Positions 1 to 9,311 of a stretch of 64,000 bases of DNA are shown here, piece after piece. The stretch is from Thermoprotei archaeon. Its GTDB lineage: Archaea > Thermoproteota > Thermoprotei > Gearchaeales > WAQG01. Position 1 is the stretch's first letter. Each line of letters begins with the position of its first letter. A program made the position numbers and the translations under genes. The stretch is taken from NCBI GenBank assembly GCA_049976445.1, contig JBMFIF010000003.1, forward strand, positions 3,629-67,628, written 5' to 3'. The notes under the pieces were generated by a model. The model had not been told where the DNA came from. It did not search any database and worked only from the letters and a program-made list of their open reading frames with translations.

Positions 1-546
1 GATCCTAAAAAGATAAAGATCGTGAGTGTAAGAGAATTACCAAAAGAGGGTGGGCCTATAAGGGTTGGTTCGGTTGTGACTGTTGAGGGTTTAGAGGGCA
101 TTGTATTAAGCATAGGTGGTGGAAGGGCTGTTATTGATTTTAATCATCCACTTGCAGGAAAAACGATTATTTATGAGGTAACAGTACGTAGTGTGATCGA
201 AAAGCTTGAGGATAAAATAATGGCCCTTTTATTCAGAAGGATACGCGGATTAGATAAGGGTAAAATCCAGATAGAAAAAATAAATGATGAAGTGACAGTT
301 CGATTACCCTCTGATATATTAACTGCAGAAAACATACAATACGCGTTGAAAGGTGTGGCTGATGATATAAAGGAGTTACTTCCAGAAATTCGTATATTAA
401 AGTATTTAATAAGTTTCGAATTACAACTGCCTAAAATTACCGAAAAAGCAGAAGAACAAGGGAAAAGTACTAATGAGACTATAACAACTGTAGCGCAACA
501 CGAGACACAACAAACTGCATCTCAAAATACAACTTCCCAGCAATAA
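1..546 (+). CDS. FKBP-type peptidyl-prolyl cis-trans isomerase, 5' partial. The reading frame is open to the window start
   Basis: Translation DPKKIKIVSV...DFNHPLAGKT is the C-terminal hallmark of the SlyD/archaeal FKBP fold, followed by the C-terminal domain of long archaeal FKBPs. Frame 1 has no stop back to base 1. Confidence 0.75.
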   Translation, partial: DPKKIKIVSVRELPKEGGPIRVGSVVTVEGLEGIVLSIGGGRAVIDFNHPLAGKTIIYEVTVRSVIEKLEDKIMALLFRRIRGLDKGKIQIEKINDEVTVRLPSDILTAENIQYALKGVADDIKELLPEIRILKYLISFELQLPKITEKAEEQGKSTNETITTVAQHETQQTASQNTTSQQ

Positions 547-639
547 GTCAAAATTTATACATTTTTAATTATTTTTTAGTAAGTTTAAGGATTACTGGTA
601 AAACTAAGTGTTAAACATTTGAAGATGATAATGGCCTTT

Positions 640-1047
640 TTATTGTGTAACGCGTTCTACAGTTACTTTTATGAATGTTTCGTTGTTGTATGATTGTTTT
701 TCTCTCCATACTTTTACTATTTTTATTTTATCACCTGGCTTTAAACCTTCGGGTTTAAATAAATCAGGCTGCTGTGATTCGACTGATGCTGGTTGGAATG
801 TTATAGTTAATCCTTCAATGGCATATTTTGATTGTATCATTAAAGTTATTGGCGCCTCTGTTACTTCTACTGCTATTACACCATCTTCACTTATTAAGCA
901 TTCATGTTTCATTGATCGTACTTTTAAGATTTCATAAATTCGTCCTACTTCTAACTGTGGATTTCCTGTGCATGACAAGAAAAGTTTGCAATTATGACAT
1001 TCATCAACAGGTCCGGTAAATATGAATTTTTCTCCTATTCGTGCCAT
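640..1047 (-). CDS. small Cys/His-containing protein, possibly UPF0179 family
   Basis: 135 aa with CHNCKLFLSC and HEC motifs. The UPF0179 assignment is made from memory. Confidence 0.4.
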   Translation of the reverse strand: MARIGEKFIFTGPVDECHNCKLFLSCTGNPQLEVGRIYEILKVRSMKHECLISEDGVIAVEVTEAPITLMIQSKYAIEGLTITFQPASVESQQPDLFKPEGLKPGDKIKIVKVWREKQSYNNETFIKVTVERVTQ

Positions 1048-1183
1048 TCTTGATCCTACTAATGTTATTATTTTTTTCCCAATATGACCACCTAAATATC
1101 ATAGTATAGGAAAGCTTATATAAATGGATTTTCTTACTAACAGTTGGTGTAAATAACTTCTAGAGGTGTATGATTAAGTGTCA

Positions 1184-1828
1184 ATGATAAATATGAGTTC
1201 CAAAGATATGAGATTACGAACAGGAACTACAACTGTTGGAGTAGTATGTAAGGATGGAGTAGTTCTAGCAGCAGATAGAAAAGTAACTGCAGGACATTTA
1301 GTTGCACATAAAATAGGTAGAAAAATTTTACCTATAGATACACATGCATTAATTACCATTGCGGGATTGGTAGCGGATGCTCAAGCGCTAGTAGATGTAT
1401 TACGAGCTAATGCATCACTTTATCGGATAAGAAATAAACGTCCTATTCCAATTAATGCTATTGCAAGTCTTGCATCAAATATATTGTTTGGATCGAGATT
1501 TTTACCATATATAGTCGAAGTTAACATAGGCGGGTATGATTTACATGGGCCTTCATTGTATTCAATAGACTTTTTTGGTTCTGTTACTAATGAACGAAAT
1601 TATGTTGCTAGAGGCTCTGGTTCGCCAGTAGCTTTAGGTGTACTTGAAAAAGAGTACAGGGAAGGAATTGCAATAGATGAGGGTGTTCGTATTGCTACCT
1701 TAGCAGTACATTCGGCATCACGTTGGGACTTGTATACTGGTGGTTCTGGCATTGATGTAGCTGTAATCGATGCTAACGGTTACAGGTTTTTGGATGATCA
1801 CGAAATAATTAGGATATTATCATCATGA
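1184..1828 (+). CDS. psmB: proteasome beta subunit
   Basis: Short propeptide followed by TTTVGVVCKDGVVLAADRKVTAG, the Ntn-hydrolase active-site Thr region. ATG at 1184 is preceded by GAGGTG. The track start at 1178 is GTG. Confidence 0.9.
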   Translation: MINMSSKDMRLRTGTTTVGVVCKDGVVLAADRKVTAGHLVAHKIGRKILPIDTHALITIAGLVADAQALVDVLRANASLYRIRNKRPIPINAIASLASNILFGSRFLPYIVEVNIGGYDLHGPSLYSIDFFGSVTNERNYVARGSGSPVALGVLEKEYREGIAIDEGVRIATLAVHSASRWDLYTGGSGIDVAVIDANGYRFLDDHEIIRILSS

Positions 1829-1853
1829 TCATTTATAGAGATTTAACAAAAAG

Positions 1854-3785
1854 ATGGGGAGCAAAATGGGACTGCAAGCAACAGATATACAGACCAGAAT
1901 AACTCGTGCATTACTCGAAAACTTGCCAGCTGATGCTAAGATCACACGCATAGAATTTGAAGGCCCATATTTAGTATTATATACAGAGAGTATTAAGGCT
2001 GTAACTGGTGAGGAGGGTTTAGCTGCAAAAATTGCTAAAGCAGCGCGCAGAAAAGTGATTATACGACCAGCAGAGTCTATTAGATTACCAGTAGAAAAAG
2101 CTAAGGAGTTTTTAATAAAAAATATTCCACCTGATATAGGATTACATGAGATATATTTTGATGAGCTTAAAGGCGAAGTTCACATCTACGCACTAAAATT
2201 AGGGCAATTAATAGGTAGAGGAGGAATGAACCTTTGGATGCTTATGAATGAAATAAGATGGAAAATTGTTCCACATCGAGCGCCCGTCATGCAATCAGAA
2301 ATTTTTAGGATTGTATCTGAACAGATAATAGCTTCTAAAAAGGAACATTTAAAAACATTAATGAGAATAGGACAACGTTTAAATCGTCCGCGTATATACC
2401 AAAACGAATATATACGTATTATACCATTAGGAGGTTTTGGAGAAGTAGGACGTAGTTCTATTCTTGTGGAGACCCCAAATAGTAAAGTTTTATTGGATGC
2501 TGGAGCGAGACCTGGCGCGAAAACACTCTACGATGAGTATCCGGCATTTCATATTGATGGATTAGATATTGAGGATCTTGACGCTATAGTAATATCACAT
2601 GCACATTTCGATCATACTGCAGCATTACCTTATCTTTTCAAATATGGGTATAGAGGTCCTGTTTATATGACTGAACCTACACTGCATCTAACATATTTAA
2701 TTATAAAAGATTATCTTGATGTTGCTTTAAAAGAAGGACGCCCGTTACCTTATACTATGAATGATGTACGCACAATGATGCAGCATGTCATAACAATAGA
2801 TTATGAAGAGGTTGTAGATATCGCTCCTGACATAAAACTTACACTTTATAATGCAGGTCATATTTTAGGTTCGAGTAGTGTACATCTTCATATTGGTGAT
2901 GGCTTACATAACATAGTATATAGTGGCGATTTTAAGTTTGCCAATACACGTCTTCTTAACAAGGCGTTTAATAATTTTAAACGTGTTGAAACACTTATAA
3001 TAGAATCTACTTATGGTGCACCAACAGATGTAATGCCATCTGTTGAAGAGACTGAGCAATCTCTTATAAAAGTTGTCAAGGATACTTTAGAGCGTGGCGG
3101 TAAAGTTTTAATGCCTATGCTTTCAGTAGGACGAGCACAAGAAGTCATGCTTGCTTTGTATGAAGCAATTGAGAATAATAAGATGCCTAAAGTACCTATA
3201 TATGTTGAAGGTATGATATTAGAAAGCACAGCACTTCATACTGCATTTTTGGATGAGCTTTCATGGGATATTAAGAATAAGGTGTTTAAGGAAGGTGTTA
3301 TACCATTCAAATCAGATTATTTCTATATGCTTCATGAAAAGACTGATAGATCAGAAATCGTAGAAGGTTCACCATGCATTATAATGGCTCCTTCAGGTAT
3401 GCTCAATGGAGGACCAGCTTTAGAGTACTTACGTCTTTTAGCTAATGATGAGAAAAGTACTGTAGTATTTACATCATACCAAGTTTCAGGTACATTAGGC
3501 AGACGATTAAAAGATGGTATCAGAGAGGTTATGCTGCCTGACGAAAAAGGTATAGAACGACTTGTCACTGTAAAAATGGACGTCCAAAGTATAGAAGGAT
3601 TTTCGGGTCACAGTGATAGAAAACAACTTTTAAATTATATCCGAACTATGCCACAAAAACCTAGATTAGTGATAGTAAATCATGGCGAAAAATCAAAGAG
3701 CTTACAATTAGCTAATGCAATAGAAAAAATTTTTAACATAAAAACTGTAGTACCGGAAGTTCTTGAAGCAATTAAAGTGCACTAG
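1854..3785 (+). CDS. archaeal CPSF1/FttA-type transcription termination factor (KH domains + metallo-beta-lactamase + beta-CASP)
   Basis: 643 aa. N-terminal KH-like region, HAHFDH metallo-beta-lactamase motif and a beta-CASP C-terminal part. Confidence 0.85.
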   Translation: MGSKMGLQATDIQTRITRALLENLPADAKITRIEFEGPYLVLYTESIKAVTGEEGLAAKIAKAARRKVIIRPAESIRLPVEKAKEFLIKNIPPDIGLHEIYFDELKGEVHIYALKLGQLIGRGGMNLWMLMNEIRWKIVPHRAPVMQSEIFRIVSEQIIASKKEHLKTLMRIGQRLNRPRIYQNEYIRIIPLGGFGEVGRSSILVETPNSKVLLDAGARPGAKTLYDEYPAFHIDGLDIEDLDAIVISHAHFDHTAALPYLFKYGYRGPVYMTEPTLHLTYLIIKDYLDVALKEGRPLPYTMNDVRTMMQHVITIDYEEVVDIAPDIKLTLYNAGHILGSSSVHLHIGDGLHNIVYSGDFKFANTRLLNKAFNNFKRVETLIIESTYGAPTDVMPSVEETEQSLIKVVKDTLERGGKVLMPMLSVGRAQEVMLALYEAIENNKMPKVPIYVEGMILESTALHTAFLDELSWDIKNKVFKEGVIPFKSDYFYMLHEKTDRSEIVEGSPCIIMAPSGMLNGGPALEYLRLLANDEKSTVVFTSYQVSGTLGRRLKDGIREVMLPDEKGIERLVTVKMDVQSIEGFSGHSDRKQLLNYIRTMPQKPRLVIVNHGEKSKSLQLANAIEKIFNIKTVVPEVLEAIKVH

Positions 3786-3828
3786 ACTACTATCGAAAGC
3801 ATGTACTTCATAATGGATGTAAAAATTT

Positions 3829-4350
3829 TTATCTCAATAATTCTGCTACTACCCTCCAGATTTTATCATTAAGATGATGTAAATTTCTAGCAACTTTTCC
3901 ATGTTTATCTTTAATTAATTGCGACCAGTTATCTAATATTTCAACAACAGCTAGTGGTCTATTATTTAATTGATCAACTACAACAGCTAACATTCCTTCT
4001 TTAAGTTCTCCTACAATTTTAGTAATACCTGGAGCCATTACATCTGCTCCATTTATTATATGAGGAACAGCTCCTTGATCTACATACAATCTTGGAAGTT
4101 GAAGTATAAGCTTTGAAGTGAGGAAGGGCATCATTTTATTATTTATTTCTATTATCTCGGGTTTTTTATCTATCAAATAAATTATTTCTCCACTTTTTAA
4201 TTCTATGTATTCTATAATCCTATCTGATAGATCTAATTTAATATTGTTTATTTTTAATTGCTCGTTCAGTTTTTTGCTATCACCTTTGCTTAGATAAAAA
4301 CGTTTTTTAATCTGAGCGCTCATGATTCTACATAACTTATAGAAAAACAC
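3829..4350 (-). CDS. PUA-domain RNA-binding protein (MCT-1/Tma20-like, COG2016-type)
   Basis: 173 aa with a C-terminal PUA-like segment LAVVEILD...GKVARNLHH. Confidence 0.5.
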   Translation of the reverse strand: MFFYKLCRIMSAQIKKRFYLSKGDSKKLNEQLKINNIKLDLSDRIIEYIELKSGEIIYLIDKKPEIIEINNKMMPFLTSKLILQLPRLYVDQGAVPHIINGADVMAPGITKIVGELKEGMLAVVVDQLNNRPLAVVEILDNWSQLIKDKHGKVARNLHHLNDKIWRVVAELLR

Positions 4351-4390
4351 ATTTATATATGAAACTGTTAAACATCATTAGTAGTAGAAG

Positions 4391-4642
4391 GTGAGTTATG
4401 TGAGCCGTAATCCAAACATAGGCGAGGTACAATCTAGAGATTTTCTACAGGCAAGCATAGGACAGACAGTATTAGTTAAATTAAAGGGTGGCAGATTTGT
4501 AAGAGGAATTCTAAAAAGTTTTGATATGCACATGAACCTTATATTATTAGATGCAGAAGAAATAGATGAAAATAAAAATACACGTAAACTTGGCACGCTA
4601 GTTGTACGTGGAGATAACGTAATTCTGATATCACCTTCATAG
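4391..4642 (+). CDS. Sm-like archaeal protein (SmAP1-type)
   Basis: 83 aa with Sm1/Sm2 motifs ([15 protein letters not shown]...[14 protein letters not shown]). It sits immediately upstream of L37e, as in many archaea. Confidence 0.8.
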   Translation: MSYVSRNPNIGEVQSRDFLQASIGQTVLVKLKGGRFVRGILKSFDMHMNLILLDAEEIDENKNTRKLGTLVVRGDNVILISPS

Positions 4643-4653
4643 GTGAGTATCAA

Positions 4654-4839
4654 ATGAAGGGCACATCATCAATGGGAAAAATGAACCGAACTCCTACACA
4701 TATAAGATGTAGGAGATGCGGAAGGCACTCATACAACATCACAAAAAGATATTGTGCAGCTTGCGGATTTGGTCGTACAAGTAAAATAAGACAATACAGC
4801 TGGCAGAATAAAAAAGTTAATGGAATCAGACTTATTTAG
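4654..4839 (+). CDS. rpl37e: 50S ribosomal protein L37e
   Basis: MKGTSSMGK...[22 protein letters not shown]4 zinc ribbon. GGTGAG lies upstream of the ATG. Confidence 0.9.
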   Translation: MKGTSSMGKMNRTPTHIRCRRCGRHSYNITKRYCAACGFGRTSKIRQYSWQNKKVNGIRLI

Positions 4840-4860
4840 TACTGCTATGTTAAATATCAT

Positions 4861-4934
4861 GGGCCGGTAGTTCAGCCTGGGAGAATGCCCGCTTGGCATG
4901 CGGGAGGTCGCGGGTTCAAATCCCGCCCGGTCCA
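4861..4934 (+). tRNA. tRNA-Ala (anticodon GGC)
   Basis: Manual cloverleaf fold. Acceptor stem GGGCCGG/CCGGTCC includes the G3:U70 Ala identity pair. Anticodon loop is TTGGCAT. T-arm is GCGGG-TTCAAAT-CCCGC. No encoded CCA. Confidence 0.85.
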
Positions 4935-5144
4935 CTAATCTTATCAATAATTTTGCTGAATTATTCAAAAATTTGAGTACTTTAGTAAAAATGGAAACTT
5001 GAACTATAAGATACTTAAAAATGAAAGCCTCACTCCTAGGAGTGAGGAGAGGTTATAAAACTCTTTAGTATGCAGGATATTTTAAAGGGGCGATAGATAG
5101 ATTTTTAATTAATGCTATTATTTTCGATTAGGGAGGTCGAAGGG

Positions 5145-5564
5145 ATGTCTATAGTCGGGATTCGAAGGTTCACGAGTGAAATTAATAACTTAGTAGGGCG
5201 AATAATAGAAGTTCATACATCGCTTGGTAAAACATACATTGGGCGTTTATCTGCAATAGATCCGGATAAACTAAATATGATACTTACAGATGTTTCTAGT
5301 GACGGTAACAAATATCATGCCGTTGTACTTAATGGCTCAAATATAACAGAGATATTACTTAAGGAAAAACCATTCGATATGAGAGCATTAGCTGAAAGAT
5401 TAGAAAAAATATTTCCTAAGATGGTTAGATATGATGAAAGCACACGGTTGATAATTGTTGCAGAGCGTGTAAAAGTTGGGGAACAAGGCGTTATCGAAGG
5501 AGCAGGGCCTATTGCCGAAAAAGTTAAGTCAATATACGATCAATATATGAAAGAAATTCAGTAA
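5145..5564 (+). CDS. Sm-fold protein with a C-terminal extension (SmAP3-like)
   Basis: Sm-like segment LVGRIIEVHTSLGKTYIGRLSAIDPDKLNMILTDV plus about 70 aa of C-terminal domain. ATG at 5145 is preceded by GGGAGGT. The track ORF starts earlier, at 5112. Confidence 0.5.
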   Translation: MSIVGIRRFTSEINNLVGRIIEVHTSLGKTYIGRLSAIDPDKLNMILTDVSSDGNKYHAVVLNGSNITEILLKEKPFDMRALAERLEKIFPKMVRYDESTRLIIVAERVKVGEQGVIEGAGPIAEKVKSIYDQYMKEIQ

Positions 5565-5584
5565 GATGAATACGTAATCGTAAA

Positions 5585-7171
5585 ATGAGCTTCGAAATAC
5601 TGGATAAAAGCCTTTGTGGGAGAATTGGTCTACTTAAGACTAGGCACGGAAACATTAAAACACCTACGCTCTTGCCAGTTTTAAACCCTGTAAAGCAAGA
5701 GCTTTCTGCACAAGATATTGCTAAAATAGGTTTTGATGCGGTAATAACTAACGCTTATCTTCTTTGGAGAAATATGAAGGGAAAGCCACGAGATGTTCAT
5801 GATCATTTAAACTTTAATGGGCCAATAATGACGGATTCTGGAGCTTATCAGATTTTACGTTATGGTGCTGTTGAAGTTAAGCCTGAAGAAATTGTGGAAT
5901 ACGAAAAATTAATCAATAGTGATATTGCGGTAATACTTGATGTGCCAACCGGTCCAGATGATGATTGGAATAAGGCTAAAGAAAGTGTGGAAATAACGCT
6001 ACATAGAGCAATTGAAAGTAATAAAATAAGGGATCATGAAAGACTTTGGGTTGGTCCTATCCAAGGTGGTAAATATCTTGATTTAGTTAGGTTATCAGCT
6101 AAATCAATGTATCAACAGGGTTTTGATATATATGCTGTAGGAAGTCCAACTGGTTTAATGGAAGGTTACAAATTTAGTACGGTATTGAAAATGGTGATTA
6201 CTGCGAAAAGTATTATTGGTTCTGGGAATCCATTACACTTATTTGGCGCGGGCCATCCTATGTTCTTTCCGTTTATGGTTGCGGTTGGGGTAGATTTATT
6301 TGATTCTGCCGCGTACGCGCTTTATGCACAAGATGGTAGATATATAACTTCATCAGGTACTTTTAGGATAAACGATTTAAAAGAATTACCATGTAATTGT
6401 CCTGTATGCTCAAAAGCCTCTGCAGATGATGTAAGAAATATGTCTCAAGAAGAAAGAAAGCGTTTTTTGATGATTCATAATTTGTATGTTAGTTTATCTG
6501 AAGTAAAAAGAGTACGCCAACACATAACTGAAGGTACACTCTGGGAACTTTGTGAAGAAAGAAGTCGTGCGCATCCATCCTTGTTTAACGCTATGAAAGT
6601 TCTTGTGAAGTTTCATAAATATCTTGAACGATGTGACCCAATCACTAAACCTGTTATTCATGGTCTCTTTTTCTATAGCAATGAGACTGCATTAAGGCCT
6701 CAGACTTATAGACATGTAATGAGAATTATATCAAATTATTCACCAGAATTTGTTAAACTTATTATATTACTTCCTCCAGTAATAAATAGGCCATACATCA
6801 GATCTTCTGTTATAAGGAATATTATACAACTAATCAATAATACAAAATATGCAAATTCATCATGTATAGCTATTGTTGGCGATCCGTTTATTTTTATACC
6901 AATAGAACTTTCTGAAATATATCCTTTATCACAATATGAAGGCATGGCATGCTCTAAAGCTCTTTCAAAAATATTCATAGATAATTTTCCTAATCTCAAA
7001 TTTCTTGATGGACTAGAAGTAGCAATATCAATATCTGACAAGCACAATAATGATCTTCTTAATAAAATCAATGAATATTTAAGAGAAAAAGGAGTAAAAG
7101 TTATCGAAATTAGTTTGAAAAAAGGAGATTCTATGATAAAAATTCTTAAAAATGTGCTTAGTTTGTTATAA
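5585..7171 (+). CDS. tgtA: archaeosine tRNA-guanine transglycosylase (TGT catalytic domain + C-terminal domains, no obvious PUA)
   Basis: TGT-family N-terminal half and a CNCPVCS zinc site. 528 aa, shorter than PUA-containing euryarchaeal enzymes. Confidence 0.8.
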   Translation: MSFEILDKSLCGRIGLLKTRHGNIKTPTLLPVLNPVKQELSAQDIAKIGFDAVITNAYLLWRNMKGKPRDVHDHLNFNGPIMTDSGAYQILRYGAVEVKPEEIVEYEKLINSDIAVILDVPTGPDDDWNKAKESVEITLHRAIESNKIRDHERLWVGPIQGGKYLDLVRLSAKSMYQQGFDIYAVGSPTGLMEGYKFSTVLKMVITAKSIIGSGNPLHLFGAGHPMFFPFMVAVGVDLFDSAAYALYAQDGRYITSSGTFRINDLKELPCNCPVCSKASADDVRNMSQEERKRFLMIHNLYVSLSEVKRVRQHITEGTLWELCEERSRAHPSLFNAMKVLVKFHKYLERCDPITKPVIHGLFFYSNETALRPQTYRHVMRIISNYSPEFVKLIILLPPVINRPYIRSSVIRNIIQLINNTKYANSSCIAIVGDPFIFIPIELSEIYPLSQYEGMACSKALSKIFIDNFPNLKFLDGLEVAISISDKHNNDLLNKINEYLREKGVKVIEISLKKGDSMIKILKNVLSLL

Positions 7172-7185
7172 TTCTGTTATTTATT

Positions 7186-7974
7186 TCACATGTAGAACAT
7201 GAATTTTTCTCTGCTTTTTTCATCGAGTGCTTTTTGTTCACTTTCTTTCATACTTGCTTCTATTCTAGCTTCAATTTCTTCTACTTCTTTTCTAATAGAT
7301 TCTATATTAATTTCTGCGTCATAGTATTCATTAAGTATGTTTAAAGCTATCATTGTCGCACGTGTATCTGGTTCAAATTGTCTAGCATAGGGAAGTATGG
7401 TTATAGCAGGAAATTCGTTAAGTTCAAAGTAAGAGAGTAATGATGCTAATGGTCCAAAAATTGTTAAACGTGCATCCATTGGTTTTCCGAAGATTTTTTT
7501 AGTTGATGCATATGCACTAGTATACGCGACTCTGTATTCATCATCATTATCACTTCTGTATTTATCTGATAATCCTCCAATAAGGACTGCTTCTTTAAAA
7601 CCTTGAGTTATAACCCATTCAGCTATTCCTCGTGTTAGTAAGTGCATTTCTCTAGGTTCTGGGGGGGATTCTGTAACCATTACTATAAAGTTTTTTCTTT
7701 TGTAAAGTTCAAAAGGTAGTTGGATTCTTGAATCACCCATCTTCACAACTAGTGGTAATCTGTCTAATAGAATATATCCAATATGTTTTGAATCTGACTG
7801 ATCAGCTATATATCTAGTAGTTAGGTATCCTACTGCTCCAATTCCATGAAATCCTGTAAGAAATATTTTATTTTTTCCTATAGGCTCTCTTATCATCTTA
7901 TCTTTTAATATTACTGTGAATTTTGTTTTTTCGTTCATTCGTTCTTCTGTTCTCATAATTTTTTTCAACCTCAC
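7186..7974 (-). CDS. PAC2-family protein (proteasome assembly chaperone-like, COG1938-type)
   Basis: 262 aa. FLTGFHGIGAVGYLTTRYI resembles the PAC2/PbaA-B glycine-rich segment. Confidence 0.45.
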   Translation of the reverse strand: MRLKKIMRTEERMNEKTKFTVILKDKMIREPIGKNKIFLTGFHGIGAVGYLTTRYIADQSDSKHIGYILLDRLPLVVKMGDSRIQLPFELYKRKNFIVMVTESPPEPREMHLLTRGIAEWVITQGFKEAVLIGGLSDKYRSDNDDEYRVAYTSAYASTKKIFGKPMDARLTIFGPLASLLSYFELNEFPAITILPYARQFEPDTRATMIALNILNEYYDAEINIESIRKEVEEIEARIEASMKESEQKALDEKSREKFMFYM

Positions 7975-8042
7975 ACTATTAATTATAGCTAAAAATAAAT
8001 ATGTAACTTAATTATAACACTATGAACTACAAGTGAAAAATC

Positions 8043-9311
8043 ATGTCCGAGGTTACAATTCAAGTTTTAGGCGCTGGAGGAGAAGTAGGTAGGTCTGGAA
8101 TCCTTATTAAACATAAAGAACGAGCACTGCTCTTGGATTATGGTACACTTACGAATGATGAGGTACAATTTCCATTACACGTATCACCAAGGAATCTTTC
8201 TGCAGTGATATTATCGCATGCACATTTAGATCACTCAGGTGCACTTCCAATGCTTTATGCTTCAGCAAAAGCACCACCGCTCTATTCAACGATAATGACG
8301 CTTGAGTTAACAGATATTCTTCTTCATGATTTTATGAACATCAGCACATCGTATTTACCATTTGAAGAGAGAGAAGTTCAAAGGATGTTCAAGCATTCAA
8401 TACCAATTACTGCTGGAGATTCAATAGACATAGATGATTTTCACGTAAAATTTTATGATGCAGGACATATTCCTGGTAGTTTAATGGTTGAAGTAGAGGT
8501 CAGTAACAAAAGAATACTATACACCGGCGATTTTAATACATGGGAGACAAAACTTCTTAAACCTGCACAGGTACCGGATCCAGGATATGATCTTGTCATA
8601 AGTGAGAGTACTTATTCTGGGGTCGAACACCCGCCAAGAAATGATGTCGAGAAAAAATTAATAGAAATATCAACAGCTACAGTAGAAAATAAAGGTTTTG
8701 TTTTAATACCGGCGTTCTCTGTAGGAAGGTCTCAAGAGATCCTATCAATCTTTGAAGAACATAACATACCATACACAATATATCTAGATGGAATGGCAAA
8801 AGAGGTTGGATCATTATTTTTACAATATCCCTCATTCTTTAAGGATTATTCATTACTTAAAAAAGCATTAGAGAGAGCAATATGGGTTAATTCAAATGCT
8901 CAACGAAAGAGAATAGTAGAAAGACCAAATATAGTGGTGACACCTGCAGGCATGTTAAAAGGTGGACCAGCAGTATATTACATGAACAAAATTGTAACCG
9001 TTAATAAAAATTCAATAATCTTAGTATCCTATCAAGTTCCAGGCACTCCTGGTCGCAAACTTTATGATGAACGTTTATGGTTCATGTCCAATATTAAAAA
9101 AGATATTAAGGTCGAAGCAACAGTCGAGTGGTTAGATTTTTCAAGTCATTGTGGGCATTCTCAACTCAAATCATTTCTAACAAGGATAGACCCTAATAAA
9201 ATATTATTAGTTCATGGTGAAACACAAAAAGCGTCTGTTCTTAAATCAGAATTAGAGGAGCATGGTATTAATGTCGAAATTGCAAAAAACGGATACGCAA
9301 TACAGATATAA
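8043..9311 (+). CDS. metallo-beta-lactamase/beta-CASP ribonuclease without KH domains (aCPSF2-like)
   Basis: HAHLDH motif near the N-terminus, 422 aa, beta-CASP C-terminal half. Confidence 0.7.
   Translation: MSEVTIQVLGAGGEVGRSGILIKHKERALLLDYGTLTNDEVQFPLHVSPRNLSAVILSHAHLDHSGALPMLYASAKAPPLYSTIMTLELTDILLHDFMNISTSYLPFEEREVQRMFKHSIPITAGDSIDIDDFHVKFYDAGHIPGSLMVEVEVSNKRILYTGDFNTWETKLLKPAQVPDPGYDLVISESTYSGVEHPPRNDVEKKLIEISTATVENKGFVLIPAFSVGRSQEILSIFEEHNIPYTIYLDGMAKEVGSLFLQYPSFFKDYSLLKKALERAIWVNSNAQRKRIVERPNIVVTPAGMLKGGPAVYYMNKIVTVNKNSIILVSYQVPGTPGRKLYDERLWFMSNIKKDIKVEATVEWLDFSSHCGHSQLKSFLTRIDPNKILLVHGETQKASVLKSELEEHGINVEIAKNGYAIQI

Noticed and set aside
671-1019. Plus-strand ORFs 671..937 and 828..1019 (the latter poly-Leu)
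   Set aside because: They are antisense to the small Cys/His gene and consist of low-complexity poly-L/H sequence with no start context.
4729-4968. 79-aa minus-strand ORF containing AGFEPATS...
   Set aside because: It is the antisense translation of tRNA-Ala. The FEP motif comes from the T-loop sequence.
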